The notes under the pieces were generated by a model, which had not been told where the DNA came from, made no database searches, and was given only the letters and a program-made list of their open reading frames with translations. 64,000 bases of DNA, from positions 140,928-204,927 of the forward strand of contig JBBRLI010000004.1 in the NCBI GenBank assembly GCA_038231455.1. The letters are read 5' to 3'. Source of the DNA: Vulcanimicrobiales bacterium. GTDB lineage: Bacteria > Vulcanimicrobiota > Vulcanimicrobiia > Vulcanimicrobiales > Vulcanimicrobiaceae. Every line of letters starts with the position of its first letter. Within the stretch, counting starts at the first letter, position 1. Below are positions 39,044 to 48,320 of this stretch, piece by piece. Position numbers and translations under genes: made by a program.

Positions 39044-40146
39044 GTCGCGGCGAGGCCCAATGCGTACACGGCGCAGCGGTCGAGCGTCGCGGGATCGCCG
39101 AGTTCGGCGCGTAGCGCGGCGAACTGCGCATGTTGCATGCTCGCATCCGCAAGCAATCGCTCGAGCGCAGATGCAAGTGCGGCGGACGTTGCCGCAGCTT
39201 GAATGAATTCCGGCACGACCTCGTCGTTCAGGATCAAATTTGGGATCGTGATAAAGCGGCCCGAATAGACGCGTAAGGCGATCTTGTATTGCGCATCTGA
39301 GAGCACGTAAAGCGCGATTGTCGGCACGTCAAGAAGCGCCGCTTCGAGCACCGCCGTCCCCGAGGCGATGGCGGCGACGTCGGCCGCGAGGAGCGCTGGC
39401 CGCGCACCGCGCACGATCCTTACGTCGAGATCGGTATACGCACGAAGCGCCGCACGCAGGGACTGCTCCGCATCGTCGTCGGCTGCTCCTAAGACGATCT
39501 TGAGGTCGGGACGCGTCTGGCGAAGTGCGCGCGCGGCGGCAAAGAGGGGTGCGGTGTGTCGGTCGATTTCGCTGCGACGACTACCGGGGAGGATTGCAAT
39601 CGTACCGCCACCCGAGGGTGCCGGCGCGCGCGGTTCGCGCGGCTCGATCGTCGCAACGAGCGGGTGTCCGAAGTGCGCGATCGGCAGGTCGAGCGACCGA
39701 TAGAAATCGCGCTGATGCGTAAAGGGCGTGAGCGGTGCGCAAAGCCGTGCGACTTGGCGCGCGCGCTTCGCATTATCCAGCCACGCCGCAGGCGGAAAAT
39801 AATACAGAATCCGGCCGCGGTATCCGATGCGCCGCAGCGTACTTGCGAGCCGTACGTTAAACGCGCCAAAGTCGATGAGCACGAGCAGATCGGGCGGATC
39901 GCGCTTCAGTTCGAACGCGGTGAGGAACATGATCGAGAGCAACTTGGGAATTTTTCCAAGCGCGTCGATCGGACCCATCGAGGCCCAGCCGCGCGTCGAC
40001 CAGCGCAGCGTAAATCCGGCAGCACGCATGCGCTCGTTGCCGATCCCCTCACACTGCAAGTCCGCGACATGCGCGCGCATTGCGCGAGCAAGGTCGACTG
40101 CCGCAAGTTCTCCGGACGCCTCGCCCGTCGAGAAAAAGACGCGCAT
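39040..40146 (-). CDS. lpxB: Lipid-A-disaccharide synthase
   Basis: GEASGE, IDFGAFN, FGHPL, LPGSR, SGTAVLE, VVPEFIQ. Confidence 0.92.
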   Translation of the reverse strand: MRVFFSTGEASGELAAVDLARAMRAHVADLQCEGIGNERMRAAGFTLRWSTRGWASMGPIDALGKIPKLLSIMFLTAFELKRDPPDLLVLIDFGAFNVRLASTLRRIGYRGRILYYFPPAAWLDNAKRARQVARLCAPLTPFTHQRDFYRSLDLPIAHFGHPLVATIEPREPRAPAPSGGGTIAILPGSRRSEIDRHTAPLFAAARALRQTRPDLKIVLGAADDDAEQSLRAALRAYTDLDVRIVRGARPALLAADVAAIASGTAVLEAALLDVPTIALYVLSDAQYKIALRVYSGRFITIPNLILNDEVVPEFIQAAATSAALASALERLLADASMQHAQFAALRAELGDPATLDRCAVYALGLAAT

Positions 40147-40154
40147 CGCGCGCG

Positions 40155-40922
40155 CTACTTCATGATCCCGCGGGGCGATTCGGCTTCGACGAAGGCGAGC
40201 ACCGCGCGACCCGCGTCGGTTTTCACTGTCTCTTTGAGCGCGATGACCGCTTGCGAGATGTTGCGGTCCGAACGATAGATCGTCTTGTACGCATCTTTGA
40301 GATCCGAGAGCACCTCGGCGGAAAACGCATGGCGCCGGAGGCCCGGCGAATTGAGTCCGTAGACTTCCGCCGGATTGCCTTCGGCAAGAAAATACGGCGG
40401 CAGATCGCGCACCATCTTCGTATAGCCGCCGACGAAACTGTATGCACCGACGCGTACGAACTGGTGGATTCCGGCCATGCCGCCGATACCCGCGTAGTCT
40501 TCGACCGTCACATGGCCGGCGAGCTGCGCGAGATTCGACATCGTGACGCCGTTTCCAACGCGGCAGTTGTGCGCGATGTGCACGTAGGCGAGCAGCAGAC
40601 AGTCGTTACCGATCGAGGTGACTTCGCCCTCACCCGTCGCGCGGTGGACGCTTGCGTATTCGCGTATGACGGTCCGGTCGCCGATCGTCGTATAGGCGAT
40701 CTCATCGCTTGCTTTGCGGTCTTGCGAACTCGCGCCGAGCGACGCGAACGGATGCACGATCGTCTCTTCGCCGATCGTCGTGTGACCGTTGACGACGACT
40801 TGCGCGAGCAATTTCGAACCCGCGCCGATCGAGACGTGTTCGCCCACGATACAAAACGGGCCGATCTCGGCGGTCGCAGCGATGTTGGCGTTCGGGTGAA
40901 CGATTGCAGTCGGGTGAATCAT
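40155..40922 (-). CDS. lpxA: UDP-GlcNAc acyltransferase
   Basis: MIHPTAIVH, hexapeptide repeats, HIAHNC, LAGHV, HQFVR. Confidence 0.95.
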   Translation of the reverse strand: MIHPTAIVHPNANIAATAEIGPFCIVGEHVSIGAGSKLLAQVVVNGHTTIGEETIVHPFASLGASSQDRKASDEIAYTTIGDRTVIREYASVHRATGEGEVTSIGNDCLLLAYVHIAHNCRVGNGVTMSNLAQLAGHVTVEDYAGIGGMAGIHQFVRVGAYSFVGGYTKMVRDLPPYFLAEGNPAEVYGLNSPGLRRHAFSAEVLSDLKDAYKTIYRSDRNISQAVIALKETVKTDAGRAVLAFVEAESPRGIMK

Positions 40923-41392
40923 AGGTGGAGGATCGTCGCGTCCAGGCGGAACGCGCGCGGATCGATCGAGACGGAGAACATTAATTCGCCCGAGACGGCA
41001 AGCTCGCCATCGACGCGCGCTTCGGCCTGAACCCACCCGATGTTCTTGCGCGTTTTGGTCACGGTCGTGGTCATCATGAAACAGTCTCCCGGCACGACCG
41101 GTCGTCGGAAACGCACTTTGTCGACGCCCACAAGGTACGTTACTTTGCGATGCATGTCGCCCGGGTTGAGCACGGCGCACCCGCCCAGTTGCGCCATCGC
41201 CTCGATCATGTACACGCCGGGCATCAGGGGATTGCCCGGAAAATGCCCCTGCACCCACGGCTCGTTCGCGCTGACGTTGCGGTAGCCGACGGCCCGAACG
41301 CCCGGAACGAGTTCCGTGATGCGGTCGATGAGCAACATGGGATAGCGGTGCGGCAAGATCGACATGATCTCGCGCACGTCGTGAATGGACAT
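40919..41392 (-). CDS. fabZ: 3-hydroxyacyl-ACP dehydratase
   Basis: LPHRYPMLLID, GHFPGNPLMPGV..IEAMAQ. Confidence 0.95.
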   Translation of the reverse strand: MSIHDVREIMSILPHRYPMLLIDRITELVPGVRAVGYRNVSANEPWVQGHFPGNPLMPGVYMIEAMAQLGGCAVLNPGDMHRKVTYLVGVDKVRFRRPVVPGDCFMMTTTVTKTRKNIGWVQAEARVDGELAVSGELMFSVSIDPRAFRLDATILHL

Positions 41393-41393
41393 G

Positions 41394-42245
41394 CTAAGGA
41401 ACGACGGCGGTAATCGGGCTGGCAGCGCTCCACGGTGCGAGCTCGCGCACCGCCGTGCAATGCAATTTGTGACCGCTCTTGATCGCAATGACCTCGCACT
41501 GAGGATAGGCGCCCAAAAGCGCAAAGTCGCCGATCAGATCGAGGATCTTGTGGCGCGCGGGTTCGTCGCGCATCCGCAGCGGTGCGAGCGGACCCTCGGG
41601 TCCGAACACCACGGCATTGTCGAGCGTGCCACCTTGCGCGAGCCCGCGGCGGATGAGTGCTTCGACTTCGTGCAAGAATCCGAAGGTTCGCGCGGGCGCA
41701 ACTTCGGCAGCGTAGTTTGCCGGGTCGATCTCGACATCGACGAACTGCGAACCGATCGGCGCGGGATAGTCGACGGTCATCCGCACGCGAAACGTTGAAC
41801 TTGGCGTGACGATGAGCGTCTTGTCGCCGTCACGGAAGACCAGGGGCTCGGTGACGATGAAGCGCTGACGCGGTTCGGTGAGCGTTGCGGTGCCGACGGC
41901 GAGAATCGCATCGGCGAAAACTTTTGCGCTGCCGTCCATCACGGGAATCTCCGGTCCGTCAACCGCGATGAGAGCGTTGTCGACGCCCATTCCCACCATT
42001 GCGGAGAGCAGGTGTTCGACGGTCGAGACGGTGTGCTCGCCGCTTCCGAGCACCGTCGCGCGGCGCGTGTCGACGACGTATTCGCCACGGGCCGGAAACG
42101 TGACCGCGTTATTGAGACGAAAGCTCAGGCCCGCCCCCGCGCGCGCGGGAAAAATGCGCACGCGAGCCGGCTGGCCCGTATGCAATCCGATTCCCGCAAA
42201 CTCAATTGAGTCGCGTAAGGTCGCTTGAAGCTGCACTCGTCTCAT
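41394..42245 (-). CDS. lpxC: UDP-3-O-acyl-GlcNAc deacetylase
   Basis: GIGLHTG, TVEHLLSA, HKILDLIGD. Confidence 0.96.
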   Translation of the reverse strand: MRRVQLQATLRDSIEFAGIGLHTGQPARVRIFPARAGAGLSFRLNNAVTFPARGEYVVDTRRATVLGSGEHTVSTVEHLLSAMVGMGVDNALIAVDGPEIPVMDGSAKVFADAILAVGTATLTEPRQRFIVTEPLVFRDGDKTLIVTPSSTFRVRMTVDYPAPIGSQFVDVEIDPANYAAEVAPARTFGFLHEVEALIRRGLAQGGTLDNAVVFGPEGPLAPLRMRDEPARHKILDLIGDFALLGAYPQCEVIAIKSGHKLHCTAVRELAPWSAASPITAVVP

Positions 42246-42303
42246 CCTACCAACTGAACGAAACCGCGGACACCGAAGGTTTCGTCCGTCAACGCCGCTT
42301 CAA

Positions 42304-43332
42304 TCACGCTTTGCGAGCGCTCTCTAAGGCATCGACCCGAGCGAACAGCTTTGGAAGATTCTTAAGGAACACCTGCCCTCGTACTTCGTCGCGGTGGTTG
42401 CGCGCCGGGCGACCCGAAACGAACGCACCGTCCGCAAGATCGTTCCAAACCGCGGTGCCGCCGGCAACCGTTACGCGCGAGCCGATGGTAATGTGCCCGT
42501 TGAAGCCGCTCTGACCGCCGACGCGAACGTAGTCGCCAAGCGTCGTGGAACCGGAGATGCCGTTTTGCGCGGCAAGCGCCGAGTGTTTGCCGATCCGCAC
42601 GTTGTGGCCGATCTGGCAAAGATTATCGATCTTCGTGCCCTCGCCAATGCGGGTCACGCCGGTCTGCGCGCGGTCGACGGTGGTGTTCGCGCCGATCTCC
42701 ACATCATCGCCGAGTTCGACGATCCCGATCTGCGGAATCTTGCGCAGGCGTCCGTCCAAGAACGCCCATCCGAAGCCGTCCGATCCGATCACGGCGCCCG
42801 GCTGCAGTACGCAGCGCGCGCCGATCCGCGAACCATTCTCGATCACCACGCGCGCGTGCAAATAGGTCTGCTCGCCGATCGCAACGTCATCGCCGATCGC
42901 GCTGCCCGCGCCGAGGATGGCACCGGCACCAACGGTCGTACGCGCGCCAACGCTCACGTGCGGCCCGACGTAGACATCGGCACCCACACGCGCAGATGGA
43001 TCGACGGCGGCGGTGGGATGGACGAAGGGGCCTTGCGGACGCGGCGGCTCGAGTTCGGCCAAGAGGGCCGCAAGCGCGAGCCGCGTCGACTCGACGACGA
43101 CGAGGGGCTTCGTCGGCGCGTCGACTTCACGTGCAAGTGCGGCATCGGTTAGAACAGCCGACGCCTTGGAGGCAAGGGCCGCCTTGAGATATGTCGCGTC
43201 GGTTGCGAACGTCATCGATCCGGGACCGACGTCCTCAATCGCGCGCAGACCCTCGATGAGGATCGTTCCATCCCCGATCACGCGACCGCCGGTACGCTCG
43301 GCGATTGCGGCAAGCGTACCGAGTCCGCTCAC
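42304..43332 (-). CDS. lpxD: UDP-3-O-acylglucosamine N-acyltransferase
   Basis: IGSDGFG, KIPQIG, EIGANTTVDR, KIDNLCQIGHN. Confidence 0.96.
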   Translation of the reverse strand: MSGLGTLAAIAERTGGRVIGDGTILIEGLRAIEDVGPGSMTFATDATYLKAALASKASAVLTDAALAREVDAPTKPLVVVESTRLALAALLAELEPPRPQGPFVHPTAAVDPSARVGADVYVGPHVSVGARTTVGAGAILGAGSAIGDDVAIGEQTYLHARVVIENGSRIGARCVLQPGAVIGSDGFGWAFLDGRLRKIPQIGIVELGDDVEIGANTTVDRAQTGVTRIGEGTKIDNLCQIGHNVRIGKHSALAAQNGISGSTTLGDYVRVGGQSGFNGHITIGSRVTVAGGTAVWNDLADGAFVSGRPARNHRDEVRGQVFLKNLPKLFARVDALESARKA

Positions 43333-43733
43333 GGCGCGGGCGTCGCCTTTGCTTCATCGATCTTGAGGATTTTCTCGACATCCGCGGTGATGTCGACGCC
43401 GCCAAAGCCCGTCGCCTGACGTGTGAAAACCATCGTCAGATGCTTCTCGCTTGCGACCTGCTGCGAGGCGCTGGAAAGATCTTGAGCGATTTCGTTTTGA
43501 AACTGCACGTAGCGATCTTGCAGCTTCGCGCGCAGTTTCGCTTTGTCGGATGCCGATGCGTTCGACCGTTCGATCGTCGCGGCGTCAGCGTTGATTTGGT
43601 TCTGGTTGTTGATGTATTTCGGCCAATAGCCGGCAAGGCGCTGGACGTCGAGCGTTGCGATATCGCTTTTTGGCGCCGCGGTGCAAGCGGCAAGGGCGGT
43701 TGTGAGCAGTGCGGCGATGATGGTGCGTTTCAC
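43329..43733 (-). CDS. Short OmpH/Skp-like lipoprotein
   Basis: LAAC lipobox, IATLDVQRL, C-terminal GGVDITADV. Confidence 0.7.
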   Translation of the reverse strand: MKRTIIAALLTTALAACTAAPKSDIATLDVQRLAGYWPKYINNQNQINADAATIERSNASASDKAKLRAKLQDRYVQFQNEIAQDLSSASQQVASEKHLTMVFTRQATGFGGVDITADVEKILKIDEAKATPAP

Positions 43734-45058
43734 TCGTGAAGGCTTTCGATATCTTTCTGTGCATCGGCCGTGAGGTCCACACCGCTCGCCGAACCGGCGA
43801 TATTGTTGAGGACCACGGAGACCCCGCGGTTGTGCGCGACGACGCGCACTTCGCGATTGATCTGATCGATGATCTGGCCGTAAAGATCATCGCGTTTTTT
43901 CTGCAACGAGGCAATTTGTTTGCGCGCGCCATCTTGGGCTCGGGCGTCGATCCCGTGCAACGCTTCGAAACGCCGCGTAAGATCGGATTTGGTGCGGTTG
44001 AAATCATCGATCGTGGACTTTGCGTCGGCTTCGAATTTCTTCTGATAGTCGGCATGCAGCGCCGTGATCTTCGCCCGCAAATTCGGTGGAAGGTTGGGAT
44101 TTGGGCCGGCGAGGGTTTGCGTCTGCGCGATCACGGGACCGGCTGGCGCCGAGAACTGCGCGCGCAGCGTCGACTCTCGCGTTTTGAGCTTGCCGATCGA
44201 ACGCGTCTGGATGTCGAGTGCGGCCTTTCGCGCGTCTCGCGCGACGCTATCGCGCAGCTGCGTTTGCAGCGCTGCGAGCGTCGCCTGGTCTTTATTGCGC
44301 ATCGCCCCGACGGCGTCGGATTCGCGGCGTTCGATCGCTGCGAGTTGCGCTTTTGATTCTTCGCGGGCCGCATCGTCGAGCGCGAGGTTCGAGAGGCGCG
44401 TCTTCACCCCTAAGCGTTCGCCCGCGTCTTTATTCGCAAGATCGAGGGAGAGCTGCGCTTCTTTTCCCTGCAGTTCGTCGCGCTTTGCATTGTACGTGCG
44501 TTCCGCACGGGCTTGCAGCGCGCGCGTCGCCGCCTCGATCGCCGAGCGGTCTTGTCCTTCGAGAGCGGCACGGTACGTGTTGAAATCCGTTTGCGCGGCT
44601 TTCGCGGCGCCCGCATATTGTTTGCTTGCGGTTTCGTTGATCTGGCTTGCGATTTGCCCGGTCGAGGTGCCCGGTCGCGAGCCACCGGCCAGCGCTGCGG
44701 AGATTGCTACATTTTCGCGTTTCGCGTACTCGTCTTGTTTTTGATGCAGAATCTTCTCGGTACGCACGCGCGCAGCATCGAGTTCGACTTGCAGCTGCTT
44801 CTCGCCGCGTGCGAGTTCCGGTCCCGACGCCGCCGCAGCCGGTATCGTGGCCGTCAGATTGAGTGCGTCGATCGAGGCATCGTACTCGGCAAGCTGGCCG
44901 AAGAGCGGATGCCGTTTTACGAGCTCTTCCATCCGGACATAGCCAACCGGACCACCCGAAGTGGCCGGGCCTGCGGTGCTCGCGGGAGCCGACGTCGACG
45001 CCGGCTTCGCGCACGCAGCGAGTGCGCAGAACGCGATCGCCGCAAGAACGCGACGCAA
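43730..45058 (-). CDS. Long coiled-coil OmpH/Skp-like lipoprotein
   Basis: LAAC lipobox, VGYVRMEELVKRHP, C-terminal GVDLTAD. Confidence 0.65.
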   Translation of the reverse strand: MRRVLAAIAFCALAACAKPASTSAPASTAGPATSGGPVGYVRMEELVKRHPLFGQLAEYDASIDALNLTATIPAAAASGPELARGEKQLQVELDAARVRTEKILHQKQDEYAKRENVAISAALAGGSRPGTSTGQIASQINETASKQYAGAAKAAQTDFNTYRAALEGQDRSAIEAATRALQARAERTYNAKRDELQGKEAQLSLDLANKDAGERLGVKTRLSNLALDDAAREESKAQLAAIERRESDAVGAMRNKDQATLAALQTQLRDSVARDARKAALDIQTRSIGKLKTRESTLRAQFSAPAGPVIAQTQTLAGPNPNLPPNLRAKITALHADYQKKFEADAKSTIDDFNRTKSDLTRRFEALHGIDARAQDGARKQIASLQKKRDDLYGQIIDQINREVRVVAHNRGVSVVLNNIAGSASGVDLTADAQKDIESLHE

Positions 45059-45059
45059 G

Positions 45060-45872
45060 CTACTTCAGAGCGCTCGTGACGTCCGCGGTGATATCCGTAC
45101 CGCCGAAGACGATGTTGCGCTTATCGACGACGAGGATGAGATTCTTTTTCTTTGCAACACCGGCAATCGCATCGCGCGTCTTGTCAACGAGCGGCTTGAG
45201 CGTCGACTCTTGCTTATCGTTGATCGTTTTTTGGTACGCCTTAACGATCTCGTTGCGGTCCTTGTCAGTCTTCGCCGACTTGAGCTTCTCTTTCGTCGCG
45301 GCAAGCTGATCTTGACCGAATTTCAGCACGTCGGATTGCGCGGTTTTCACACTCGGTAACGCGTCAATCTGCGTTTGATCGACGAAGCCGACGTTCGATG
45401 GCGGCGGTGTGTTAACCGGCGGGACGGGGTCGCCGACACCGCCGAGCAGATCGGCGACGTTCTTCGTAATGTCTGTGCCGCCGTACACGACGATCTGGTG
45501 ATCGACGACAACCGAGAGATTCTTGCTCGAGGCGACCGAGGCGATCGCGACTTGCGCCTTGCCGAAAAGCGGGCCGAGGAGTTGCCGCTGTTTGTCGGCG
45601 ATTTTCTGCTGGAATTCGCCCTGCAGCTTTTGTTGATCGGCCTGCGAGCGCGCGGATTTCGCGCGGTTTTGGAACTGCTTCGCAAGCCGATTCTGATAGT
45701 CGTTGAGCTGGCGATTTGCCGCCTGGAAGGCGGGCAATTGCGCGAGCTGATCTTGCGAAACATACCCGATGTCGACGACATCCGCGGCGAGAACCGCAGG
45801 CGCGGCAAGGAACGCGACGAGCGCGAGGGCCACCGCCGCCGAGCGGCGGAGGCGGTGCGAGAACGAATTCAT
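45060..45872 (-). CDS. Tandem double-domain OmpH/Skp chaperone
   Basis: Two repeats IGYV...YGGTDITKNV and VGFVD...FGGTDITADV. Confidence 0.82.
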   Translation of the reverse strand: MNSFSHRLRRSAAVALALVAFLAAPAVLAADVVDIGYVSQDQLAQLPAFQAANRQLNDYQNRLAKQFQNRAKSARSQADQQKLQGEFQQKIADKQRQLLGPLFGKAQVAIASVASSKNLSVVVDHQIVVYGGTDITKNVADLLGGVGDPVPPVNTPPPSNVGFVDQTQIDALPSVKTAQSDVLKFGQDQLAATKEKLKSAKTDKDRNEIVKAYQKTINDKQESTLKPLVDKTRDAIAGVAKKKNLILVVDKRNIVFGGTDITADVTSALK

Positions 45873-45873
45873 T

Positions 45874-48129
45874 CTAGAAACTTTGACCGATCGCGAATGC
45901 GGTGTGCGCACCTTGAGAACCACGAGCGAAGTCGAGTCGGATCGTGTGGAGCCCAAGCTGCGGGACATCGAATCGGAGTCCGACGCCGATGTCCGAGTGG
46001 AACGTATAGGGGTTGAGCGAGATCAAGTTGCCGTTCAAGTCGGTTCCCGTGCCGCCGCGAATACGCGTGCCGCCGGTCTCGGCGAAGGTCGCAACCGAGA
46101 ACTTGGCATCGGGCGTCAGCGGGATGCGGAGTTCTGCCTGAAACAGCAGCGAGTCGGTTCCATAGAACGGATCGCGATACCCGCGCAGATCCTGATCGGA
46201 GAAGGTCGCCAGACGGTTGGGCGGGATGGCCCCGGTCGACTGGATGGCCTTGCCGTGGACGCCGAACGTCGCCGTCTTGAGAACCGGGAAGAAGCGCGCG
46301 GCGTCGAGCGTGAGGATCGAGTAGTTGAAGTCCGAGCCGACGCCTTTGCCGGAGACCTCTTCCGAGAGCGAGATGTTATTGCCGGTGCGCGGATTGAAGA
46401 TGTTATTGCGCGTATCGCTTCCCACGCCGAAGATCAAACTGCGCAAGTTGTACGGCTTGGTCGAATCGATATTCGCAATCGAAGGCGCTTGGACGCCGAG
46501 CGCCGTGCCGCCGCCAACTTGCGTGTTCGTGCCGAAGGGATTGCTCGTCGAGCCCGTGTTGAACGTGCCGAGCGCCGTCGCGGACGAGGCGAAGTAATAG
46601 CCTGTCGGCAGCGAGGCAGCCGATGCGACTTGCTGAACGTTCGCGCCGATCGAGGCGTGGAGATAGTCCGTGAACCGCCGACCGATGTTGACAGAAATGC
46701 CATTCGAACGCGACTGGTAGTTGGAGACGATGCCGCCAAGCTGGGTCGAATTGACGCTCCCGGGGACGAGCGCTACGCCTTGCGGCGCACCGATCGGGAT
46801 CGGTGTGGGCGCTACGGATCCGGGCGAGGGAGCCGCCGTCGGCACCGCATAGACCGGGTAAAAGTTGAGGACCTGATTGGTAAAGACGGTCGCGCCGAGT
46901 GAGTATTTCTGCGACTTCTCGGTGCGCCCGACGTACGGCACGGTCACGGAGAGCTGCGCATCCGAGGTGCGCGAGCCGCGTTCGACGCGGACCGACGCGC
47001 CGTTACCGGTGCCGTTCACATTATTCTGCGAGTACGAAAGCGTACCGGTGAGGCCTTGGCCCGTGATTCCGCCGGAATACCCGGCGCCAACCTGTGCGGT
47101 CCCGGTGCGCTGCTCTTTGACGTTCCAATCGAGCGTGACGAGTGCGGCTTTCTTCGGATCGGGGCCGGGCTTCGTGTTGAGCTCGACTTTTTCGAAGAAG
47201 CCAAGTGAATTGAGGCGATCGTAGTCGCGGCGCACGCCGCTCTCGGTGATGATCATGCCGGGCTTCAATCGCAGCTCGCGACGCACGACATCATCGTGCG
47301 TTGTGGTGTTGCCGGTAATCTGCACGGCGCCGACGCGCGCGACATTGATGTTATACCGCACGTCTGCCGCGCCCGTTTTCGTATCCGAGGTCGCGGGATC
47401 GATACCGGCATCGAAGTCGCCGATCGAGAGGTCATACTTTGCGTAGAGGGCTTTGAGCGCGGTGTAATCTTTATCGCGCGTCTCTTCGGAGAACGCCTGG
47501 CCGGGCTTGGTTACGAGCGCCCCGGTGATGATGTTCGGTGCAAGAATGTGGTCGCCGTCGATGATGATCTTGCGAACCGTGAGGCCCTCGAGGATCGAGA
47601 CGGAGATCACGCCGCTTGGGTCGACTTTGAGATCGTTGACGTGATTGGAAACCTGGCCGCCGTAGCCGATCTTGTCGTAATACGAATTGATTTTGAGGAC
47701 GTCCTGATGGAACGTATTCGTATTAAAAACTTGGCCCGTGGCCGAGTCCATAAGTGCCAGGAGCGTCTCGCTCGGCACGTGGATATTGCCGTTGAAGGTG
47801 ATGCGCGAGATGACCGGGTTCTCGATCACGCGGAAGGTGACCGCGATCCCGTCGGGCCGTTGCTTGATCAGCGGCGGCGCCTGATCGGCGAAGAATCCGA
47901 GGTCGACGATCGCGGCAAGATCTTGCTCGACGACTTTCGGATCGAATGGGTCGCCGACTTTCGTCTTGACCACCGCGAGGATGCGATCGCTCGGGACGTG
48001 CGCGTTCCCGGAGACCGCGACCGAAACGACCGGCGGGGCCGCTTGGGCCTGCTGCGCGTTCACGGGGATGGCAAGACCGAGGACGGTGGCGAGAACGAGC
48101 GACATCGCGCGGCGGACAAAAACGAACAT
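45874..48129 (-). CDS. bamA: Outer membrane assembly factor BamA (Omp85)
   Basis: Three POTRA-like repeats, LRGY, ELRIP, terminal IGQSF. Confidence 0.92.
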   Translation of the reverse strand: MFVFVRRAMSLVLATVLGLAIPVNAQQAQAAPPVVSVAVSGNAHVPSDRILAVVKTKVGDPFDPKVVEQDLAAIVDLGFFADQAPPLIKQRPDGIAVTFRVIENPVISRITFNGNIHVPSETLLALMDSATGQVFNTNTFHQDVLKINSYYDKIGYGGQVSNHVNDLKVDPSGVISVSILEGLTVRKIIIDGDHILAPNIITGALVTKPGQAFSEETRDKDYTALKALYAKYDLSIGDFDAGIDPATSDTKTGAADVRYNINVARVGAVQITGNTTTHDDVVRRELRLKPGMIITESGVRRDYDRLNSLGFFEKVELNTKPGPDPKKAALVTLDWNVKEQRTGTAQVGAGYSGGITGQGLTGTLSYSQNNVNGTGNGASVRVERGSRTSDAQLSVTVPYVGRTEKSQKYSLGATVFTNQVLNFYPVYAVPTAAPSPGSVAPTPIPIGAPQGVALVPGSVNSTQLGGIVSNYQSRSNGISVNIGRRFTDYLHASIGANVQQVASAASLPTGYYFASSATALGTFNTGSTSNPFGTNTQVGGGTALGVQAPSIANIDSTKPYNLRSLIFGVGSDTRNNIFNPRTGNNISLSEEVSGKGVGSDFNYSILTLDAARFFPVLKTATFGVHGKAIQSTGAIPPNRLATFSDQDLRGYRDPFYGTDSLLFQAELRIPLTPDAKFSVATFAETGGTRIRGGTGTDLNGNLISLNPYTFHSDIGVGLRFDVPQLGLHTIRLDFARGSQGAHTAFAIGQSF

Positions 48130-48320
48130 AGGCAACTTTCCTTTAGAGTACCAAGCCGACGACAGCGAGCGGCTACCGGGGGAACGTGCGAACACCGGCG
48201 GGTGTTCCGTGTCGGCCCCTGCGGGGGCACCCAAAGCGCGAACGCATCGGCGGGCGCGCTCATCCCAGCTTGCAAGTTTTTGGGTGGCGGAGGTCAGGCC
48301 CTCCCCGACGTCCGCTGACC

